A stretch of 64,000 nucleotides of DNA from Candidatus Thermofontivivens primus. GTDB lineage: Bacteria; Sysuimicrobiota; Sysuimicrobiia; Sysuimicrobiales; Thermofontiviventaceae. The DNA is taken from positions 8,717 through 72,716 of the forward strand of contig JAVKJW010000011.1 in assembly GCA_031458695.1 (NCBI GenBank). Reading direction: 5' to 3'. Within the stretch, counting starts at the first letter, position 1. Each line of letters begins with the position of its first letter. The position numbers and the translations under genes were made by a program. Of this stretch, positions 58,211-64,000 are shown in pieces. The notes beneath the pieces were generated by a model. The model made no database searches and was not told where the DNA came from. It saw only the letters and a list, made by a program, of their open reading frames with translations.

Positions 58211-58897
58211 ATGTCCCGCGATCAGTTTGGCCTAGCGCTCGTGCTCGCACTCGCAGGGTTCCTGTTGATCGTCCAGATTCGTTCTGGCCAGCGCGTGGCC
58301 CCCCGCGTCGAGCTTCCCTCCCTCCGGGTGCGCGAGCTGGCCATCCTGATCCAGCAACAGAAGGAAGCCCAGGAGGCCCTGGAGGCAGAGGTCCAGAGGC
58401 TCTATCAACGTCTCAATACCTATCGGGAAGGCCTCGCGCAAGGAAAGACCCTTGCCAGGGAGCTTTCCGAGGAGATTCGGTTCTACCGCACGATCCTTGG
58501 GTTCACCCCAGTCCGTGGTCCCGGTGTGGTGGTTATCCTAAAGGAGGGGAAGGCCTTCCCTCCACTCGTCAAGCCCATCGTCCAGGCTTCGGATCTCAGC
58601 GGGCTTGTCAATGAACTCTGGTCGGCAGGGGCTGAGGCCGTGGCTATCAACGGTTTCCGGATCCTCGCCACCACTGGGTTCTCCCAGGAGGGTTCGGCGA
58701 TCGTGGCTGGTTCCCATCGCCTCAAACCGCCCTATGTCATCGAGGCGATCGGGGATCCAGAGGCCTTAAAGAACCAGCTTGGGTTGCCGGGAGGGTTTGT
58801 CGATGGACTCCAGTCGGTGGGATTCTCTGTCACGATTGAGGAGAAGAGGGATATCCGGATCCCACCTTACAGAGGTCCCATTGGGAAAAAATCTTGA
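58211..58897 (+). CDS. DUF881 family protein
   Basis: N-terminal TM and coiled coil; GFTPVRGPGVVV, VNELWSAGAEAVAING, PPYVIEAIGDP. Confidence 0.9.
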   Translation: MSRDQFGLALVLALAGFLLIVQIRSGQRVAPRVELPSLRVRELAILIQQQKEAQEALEAEVQRLYQRLNTYREGLAQGKTLARELSEEIRFYRTILGFTPVRGPGVVVILKEGKAFPPLVKPIVQASDLSGLVNELWSAGAEAVAINGFRILATTGFSQEGSAIVAGSHRLKPPYVIEAIGDPEALKNQLGLPGGFVDGLQSVGFSVTIEEKRDIRIPPYRGPIGKKS

Positions 58898-58914
58898 TTC
58901 AATGATGCTCCTAG

Positions 58915-59074
58915 TAAAGTTAAGAGAGCGACTGCCGCCAAGTGGTAAGGAGTACTCCGACCCTCCTTATCTCTTGGCAGACGCAGCCGCTCTTTTCGGG
59001 ACCTGCCGCCCTTGGGCGATGCCGCTTTCCAAGGCTTGCTTCGCAGCACCGCCTTGCGGCCATGCCCCGCAGGT
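58915..59074 (-). ncRNA. Candidate structured small RNA, family unassigned
   Basis: Follows a perfect promoter. Closed 5' domain (ACCUGC/GCAGGU) with GNRA hairpin and pseudoknot-like pairing, then a ~70-nt rod hairpin and U-rich end. G-U pairs favour the minus strand; no credible ORF. Confidence 0.6.
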
Positions 59075-59078
59075 GCTA

Positions 59079-59107
59079 ATTATAGCGAGCATCCCTCGAC
59101 TTGTCAA
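59079..59107 (-). promoter_or_regulatory. Consensus sigma70 promoter overlapping the ilvD stop codon
   Basis: TTGACA(59107-59102)-17 bp-TATAAT(59084-59079). Confidence 0.85.
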
Positions 59108-60771
59108 GCCAAATCCAGCCTGAGGACCGCTCCTTCCGTGGCCGAGCTCACCAGAGCCGCATATCGGGCGAAGAGTCCAGATGTATATTTGGGGGGTTGC
59201 GGTTTCCACTTTCTCCGGCGGCGCTCCAGCTCATCTAGAGGGACCTTAAGGTCTATCCGCCGGGACTCCACGTCGATTTCGATGGGATCTCCCTCCTCGA
59301 CGAGAGCAATGGGTCCTCCGACCTGAGCTTCTGGGGCCACATGACCAATCATCAGCCCCCGGGTCCCTCCACTAAAACGACCATCTGTGATGAGCGCTAC
59401 CTCTGGTCCTAGACCCTCCCCCACGATGGCGCTCGTCACGGAGAGCATCTCCGGCATCCCTGGGGCGCCCTTGGGGCCCTCGTATCGGATCACTACCACA
59501 TCTCCAGGCCTGATTCGTTTCTCCAGCACAGCCTTCATGGCAGCTTCCTCGCCATCAAAAACCCGAGCGGGGCCACGGAACCGGGTTACCTCGGTCCCGG
59601 CTAGTTTCAGGACCGCGCCCTCAGGGGCAAGGCTCCCTCGGAGCACGACGAGTCCCCCGTGGGGCTTGAAGGGGTTGGAGGGGCTCCCCACAACCCTTTG
59701 GCCTGGACGCTCCATGACCCCATCTAATTCTTCCTCCAGTGTTCGCCCCGTGACCGTGCGCTCGTTTCCGTCCATGAGGCCCGCCTCTAAAAGCCTGCGG
59801 AAGATCAGTTTGGTTCCTCCAGCTTCCCATAGCTCCCATGCGGTGTAGGTCCCCCAAGGGAGGAGGTCGGCGATCACGGGAGTCTTCCGGCTCACCTCGT
59901 CGAAGTCATCGAGGGAGAGGGGGATTCCCACTTCCCGGGCGATGGCGAGCAGGTGTAGCACTGCATTCGTGGACCCTCCAGTGGCCGCGACTGCGGCAAT
60001 TGCGTTGAGGAAAGACTGGCGGGTGAGGAAGTCGCGGGGGGTTCTCCCTGCGCGGATGGCATCAGCCAGGATGATGGCGGCACTTCGGGTAGCCTGCCGT
60101 TTTTCCGGGACGACTGCGGGGATTGCGTTGTAGCCAATGGGACTGAGGCCGAGTGCCTCCAGGACCATGGCCATCGTATTGGCCGTGTATTGGCCTCCGC
60201 AGGCTCCGGCCCCTGGAATGGCGCTCCTCTCGATCGCCTCCAGCTCCTCCTGGGAGATCTTCCCTGCGGCGAACTGACCCACAGCTTCAAAGACGCTCAC
60301 AATGGTGAGGTTGCGGTCCCCGAGACGGCCCGGGGCAATGGTCCCCCCGTAGAGGACTATGCCGGGCACGCCGGACCGGATGATCCCTATAGCTCCGCCC
60401 GGGATGGTTTTGTCACATCCTACCAGGGCGACCATTCCGTCGTAGAGGTAGCCGTGGGCGACGACCTCCACGCTATCTGCAATGACCTCTCGCGAGATCA
60501 AGCTTGCTCGCATGCCAGGGGTACCCATGCTGATCCCGTCAGAGATGGCAGGAGCTCCGAACTCAAAGGGAACAAGACCCGCCTCGCGCAGCCCGACTTT
60601 AAGCTCTTCGGCGAGGTCTCGCAGATGGAAGTTACAAGGCATCCCATCGGTGAACGTGTTCACCACGCCTACGAAGGGCCTGCGGAACCCTTCGTCGTCT
60701 ACACCTACCGCTCGCAGCATGCTGCGAGCGGGGGCTTGTTGGACGCCAACCTTCACGCGGTCACTACGCAT
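59104..60771 (-). CDS. ilvD: Dihydroxy-acid dehydratase
   Basis: PCN, ISDGISMG, GCDKT, GACGGQYTANTM, GGSTN, PGMPEM, TDGRFSG. Confidence 0.97.
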   Translation of the reverse strand: MRSDRVKVGVQQAPARSMLRAVGVDDEGFRRPFVGVVNTFTDGMPCNFHLRDLAEELKVGLREAGLVPFEFGAPAISDGISMGTPGMRASLISREVIADSVEVVAHGYLYDGMVALVGCDKTIPGGAIGIIRSGVPGIVLYGGTIAPGRLGDRNLTIVSVFEAVGQFAAGKISQEELEAIERSAIPGAGACGGQYTANTMAMVLEALGLSPIGYNAIPAVVPEKRQATRSAAIILADAIRAGRTPRDFLTRQSFLNAIAAVAATGGSTNAVLHLLAIAREVGIPLSLDDFDEVSRKTPVIADLLPWGTYTAWELWEAGGTKLIFRRLLEAGLMDGNERTVTGRTLEEELDGVMERPGQRVVGSPSNPFKPHGGLVVLRGSLAPEGAVLKLAGTEVTRFRGPARVFDGEEAAMKAVLEKRIRPGDVVVIRYEGPKGAPGMPEMLSVTSAIVGEGLGPEVALITDGRFSGGTRGLMIGHVAPEAQVGGPIALVEEGDPIEIDVESRRIDLKVPLDELERRRRKWKPQPPKYTSGLFARYAALVSSATEGAVLRLDLA

Positions 60772-60914
60772 CTTGCTCCTCCCAAGGGCAGGATCTTGGC
60801 TCTTCTGTTACGCCGTGCTCGCAAGAATTCCTGCAACGGTTCTGCAAATCCAGGCGACGAGATGTGCTACAATAGTCCAGGGCTCGGTCCCTGGAATGGT
60901 GTCAGGGAGGAGCA

Positions 60915-61472
60915 GTGATGCGTAACCTTCTATTGAGGCTAGTCATTATCGTCCCTGTTGTTCTCTTGATCGGCCTCTTTGGCTATATCCTCGCTCAGCG
61001 TGAGATGCCTAAATCCATCGAGGTAGCACTGGCGAGGGGAGAGAGACCGGTCGCTCCTATGTTCACTCTCCCTCGATATGATGGAGGGAAACTCGTCCTC
61101 ACAGATCTCCGGGGAAAGGTTGTGGTGCTCAATTTCTGGGCATCCTGGTGCGGACCCTGTCGTGACGAAGCCCCGCTCCTCGAAAAGGTCTGGCGGGAAT
61201 ATCGTGACCGGGGCGTTATGGTCGTGGGTGTGAATATCCAGGACCTAGAGTCCGCCGCCAGGAAGTTCATCCAGGAGTTTCGGATCACCTATCCGAACGT
61301 CCGTGACGGAGATGGGCACATCGCCAAGAAGTACGGGGTGACAGGGGTTCCCGAGACTTTCTTCATCGACCGGTCAGGGCGTATCGTGCAAAAGTTTCCG
61401 GGAGCAGTGGTGGAGTTTCGCCTGTGGCAGCAAGCAGTGGAACGCGCGTTGGAGGCGGGAGGTGGGATCTAG
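60915..61472 (+). CDS. TlpA/ResA-like membrane-anchored thiol-disulfide oxidoreductase
   Basis: N-terminal TM, NFWASWCGPC, YGVTGVPETFFID. Confidence 0.93.
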   Translation: MMRNLLLRLVIIVPVVLLIGLFGYILAQREMPKSIEVALARGERPVAPMFTLPRYDGGKLVLTDLRGKVVVLNFWASWCGPCRDEAPLLEKVWREYRDRGVMVVGVNIQDLESAARKFIQEFRITYPNVRDGDGHIAKKYGVTGVPETFFIDRSGRIVQKFPGAVVEFRLWQQAVERALEAGGGI

Positions 61473-61510
61473 TTGACAGTACTCCCAACGGGTTATACCA
61501 TCGAGATGGC

Positions 61511-61587
61511 GCGCCCGTAGCTCAGGTGGAGAGAGCGGCAGGCTTCGAACCTGTAGGTCGGGGGTTCGAGTCCCTCCGGGCGCGCCA
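61511..61587 (+). tRNA. tRNA-Arg(TCG)
   Basis: Acceptor GCGCCCG/CGGGCGC-G-CCA, anticodon arm gcagg-CTTCGAA-cctgt, T-loop TTCGAGT. Promoter TTGACA(61473)-17-TACCAT. Confidence 0.95.
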
Positions 61588-61660
61588 GCAAAAACCGCGG
61601 AGATTGGTCTCTGATGCTTACCCCAGGACTTTTCCGAACCATCCCCCGTTTTAGCAAAAA

Positions 61661-62659
61661 TCAATCCTCCCAAGTAGGAATCCGCCCACTTTCCGTGTAA
61701 AACTCCGGGCGATGGATGGGTAACAGGGCGCGCTCGATCTCCGCCCGGTGCGGCTCCAGCCATGGCGGGAGAACCAGCCGCGTACCGAGTTCTCCAAATG
61801 CCTGATCGACCATGAACCCTGGACCATCAGTGGCAATCTCGAAGAGCGCACCGCCCGGCTCAGGGAAGTAAACGGAACGAAACCAGAAACGGTCGATAAT
61901 GTCGCTGATAGGTACGCCCAAGTTACGGATCCGCTGCCACCACTGCTTTTGCTCCTCATCGCTGGGCGTGCGCCACGCCACGTGGTGGATTGTACCAACT
62001 CCAACACGGCCACGGGGGGCGTATGGGGTGATGAGCAGATCCAGCCACGCACCCGATCCGCCCCGGCCGACCGCAAACCTCTTCCGGCCACCGTCCTCGG
62101 CGACCAGCCGGAAGCCAAGGTGCTCTGTGAGAAATGAGGCTGTGGGGTACTCCGATGCCTCCTTCAGCACGACGCCGTGGATCCCGCGGATGGCGTGCTG
62201 GGCGGGGATAGGACTGTCCGCCCAGAACTCCCACGGTCGGGAAGAACTATCCTTTGCTGCTACTAGCTCCAGGGCCTGCCCGTGGACATCGGAGAACGTG
62301 ATCACCTCCTCATCAAACTTCCTGTACGGTCCCTCGTGGGGAACCCCATGGTCTGCCAGCCGCTTCATCCAGTACTCCATCGATCCAGAGGGGATTGCCA
62401 GCGCCACCGAGGCTAGCTGTCCGGTACCATCGCGGCCACGTAACCCACCGGGCCAAGCGAAGAAGGTGAGGTCGGTACCTGGGGTGCCAACAGCATCGGC
62501 ATAGAAGAAGTGATAGGTGCCAGGGTCGTCCTGGTTCACCGAGCGTTTCACCAGGCGCAGGCCTAGGATGCCCACATAGAAATCGAGGTTCTCCTGCGGG
62601 TTCCCAGCAATTGCTGTAACATGGTGGATCCCAACAAACTGTCGTTTGTTGCTCTTCAT
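61661..62659 (-). CDS. VOC-family ring-cleaving dioxygenase (MhqO/PcpA-like)
   Basis: GIHHVTAI, LVKRSVNQDDPGTYH, GTIHHVAWR, DRFWFRSVYF, FEIATDGPGF. Confidence 0.93.
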   Translation of the reverse strand: MKSNKRQFVGIHHVTAIAGNPQENLDFYVGILGLRLVKRSVNQDDPGTYHFFYADAVGTPGTDLTFFAWPGGLRGRDGTGQLASVALAIPSGSMEYWMKRLADHGVPHEGPYRKFDEEVITFSDVHGQALELVAAKDSSSRPWEFWADSPIPAQHAIRGIHGVVLKEASEYPTASFLTEHLGFRLVAEDGGRKRFAVGRGGSGAWLDLLITPYAPRGRVGVGTIHHVAWRTPSDEEQKQWWQRIRNLGVPISDIIDRFWFRSVYFPEPGGALFEIATDGPGFMVDQAFGELGTRLVLPPWLEPHRAEIERALLPIHRPEFYTESGRIPTWED

Positions 62660-62830
62660 TTTTGCCTCCTGTCTCGCGCTTGTATTCTCTCCTAGCCTCA
62701 TTGCGGAGGATTTTCTGTTTCGTAAGTCATCCTACTCGCATTGAGCAGCTTTGGCAAGGCCTTTCTTTCCTAACGAAATCCAGACGTTCCTCTATTTGAA
62801 CCCCTCAGGAAGGTGAGCTATTGGTAAGGA

Positions 62831-62970
62831 AGGATGGTGTATTTGAAGCACAGCCGCAAGCTGAGCTACAAGACCCTGGTCGAGGAGGTCTCTAGTAGCA
62901 TCGCCTAGCGTATCTTCTGCCGCATCCCCCTGGACAGGGAAGTGCCGGATCGGTCGACCCTAATTACTTA
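62831..62970 (+). mobile_element. IS5/ISNCY-type transposase fragment
   Basis: RMVYLKHSRKLSYKTLVEEVSSSIA*RIFCRIPLDREVPDRSTLI: DUF772-like N-terminal motif with an internal stop. Confidence 0.65.
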
Positions 62971-63108
62971 AATCGGCATTTCAAGGACATCAAACTGAAA
63001 GCAGTACGGGCTTCTCAACGGAGTGACGATGGGCTTCCCCCTTCCGAAAGTGCCTTTGCCATTCATGCGCCTATCGTTGCTCATTATTTCAAAGGCGGTT
63101 AATATCCC

Positions 63109-63670
63109 ATGAACGGCTCTCGTCAATATTCCCATACGCTTATTGTCGGCGGAACCGGTATGCTGCGGTCTGTTTCGGTGGAGTTCGCAACTCGCTCGAA
63201 GCGGTTGACCTCCATTGCTCGAACATGGCGTTCACTGTTGAGCCTAGATGCCGTGCTGGTCGGGAGCGGTTGCATACATCATATGCTAGCCTTAGACTGG
63301 AATGTCCCAGACCATTTCCTGGCCGAGATCGAGCGTCATATCGCGTCTACGGAACCTCCTGAACTCATAGTTGCCTGGATGCATAGTGATCATCTGATGC
63401 TTTCAGCTAGCTACCACATTGGTCCGAACCGGCCATCCCATGCGCTTCTTTCACGTAATTGGAAGCGCTGGGACGAATCCAAAGCACATACAGGTGGTTC
63501 TAGAAGCGCACCGATCGAGCGGGCAGACGCGATGGCTCACGCATCAAGAAATCTCGGCTGGTGTTCTTCAGGCGATCGAGGAAGAGCAGGCACAGTGGAT
63601 TGTGGGAGATCTGAAAACTGGTAGAGGCATTGTATGTCGCGCTCGCGCAGCGATTGGCTATCTCCTCTGA
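63109..63670 (+). pseudogene. Atypical short-chain dehydrogenase-like pseudogene (frameshifted)
   Basis: HTLIVGGTGML..LDW..LIVAWMH in one frame; FFHVIGS..RWLTHQEISAGVLQAI in another. Confidence 0.6.
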
Positions 63671-63780
63671 TCACATGGGACCGGGAGCAGAAAGAGCGTG
63701 CAGACAGTGTTGTATGAGTTTTGACTCTCCAGGAGGTCCTGCGTTGAGCCTGCGAGGACTCTTGGGCAGGGATGCGTAGG

Positions 63781-64000
63781 CTACCGGGTGATGATTCGAG
63801 CAGGCCGGTTCACCGGAACGACGCACACCCAGACCGGGCCTGGTTGTAGGCGCAGCGGATCGCCCGTGGCATCGCTGAATTTGGTGCGTGCTCCAGGATT
63901 TGACCGGCGCCACGTTCCCTCTATCCTGCGTCCAGCCGTAAACACCATCAACCGACCGCTCCCGACGAGATCGAGCCGGCTGGTGAGGATCGGCCCCTCG
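63781..64000 (-). CDS. DUF3048-like C-terminal domain protein (partial, 5' end outside the window)
   Basis: Manual translation: LDLVGSGRLMVFTAGRRIEGTWRR..TKFSDATGDPLRLQPGPVWVCVVP..*. Confidence 0.72.
   Translation of the reverse strand, partial: EGPILTSRLDLVGSGRLMVFTAGRRIEGTWRRSNPGARTKFSDATGDPLRLQPGPVWVCVVPVNRPARIITR

Noticed and set aside
58985..59006. SRP RNA helix 8 (CAGGUCCCGAAAAGAGCGG on the minus strand)
   Set aside because: Lacks the UCC-GGAA-GGA stem-loop and AGCAG; superficial match only.

Overview
Bacterial chromosomal window (GC-rich, sigma70/sigmaA-type promoters, CIRCE element, DUF881 and DUF3048 genes; suggestive of a Terrabacteria-type, possibly thermophilic lineage, not determinable here). 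(1) 1-6905: accessory segment with a family-5 SBP, an Lrp regulator, remnants of IS256, IS1634 and ISLre2, a nuclease pseudogene and two intact type II TA modules. It ends at a 3' half-copy of tRNA-His, which looks like an att site. (2) 7006-20638: two divergent TTT (Tct) transporter-linked catabolic units and an orphan AmiS/UreI-type channel. (3) DUF47-PiT. (4) 22649-52397: a ~30 kb all-plus-strand catabolic cluster with an NdhFSLM-like four-subunit Mo hydroxylase, two Liv-type ABC systems, GntR, at least seven putative hydrolases (mostly of C-N-cleaving families) and several dehydrogenases. A 30-bp promoter/operator is shared by the Mo-hydroxylase operon and gntR. (5) 52489-61587: mostly housekeeping (YHS protein, methyltransferase, Nramp plus MgtE-N/CBS, groEL with CIRCE, DUF881, ilvD, TlpA, tRNA-Arg(TCG)). 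(6) Decayed accessory tail. Most notable non-obvious signals: an unassigned ~160-nt structured RNA candidate behind a perfect TTGACA-17-TATAAT promoter at 58915-59107, the catabolic cluster and its shared operator, a dispersed palindromic repeat family, and a C-GCAxxG-C-C protein with an extra C-terminal domain. All family calls come from motif recognition by eye, with no database searches.
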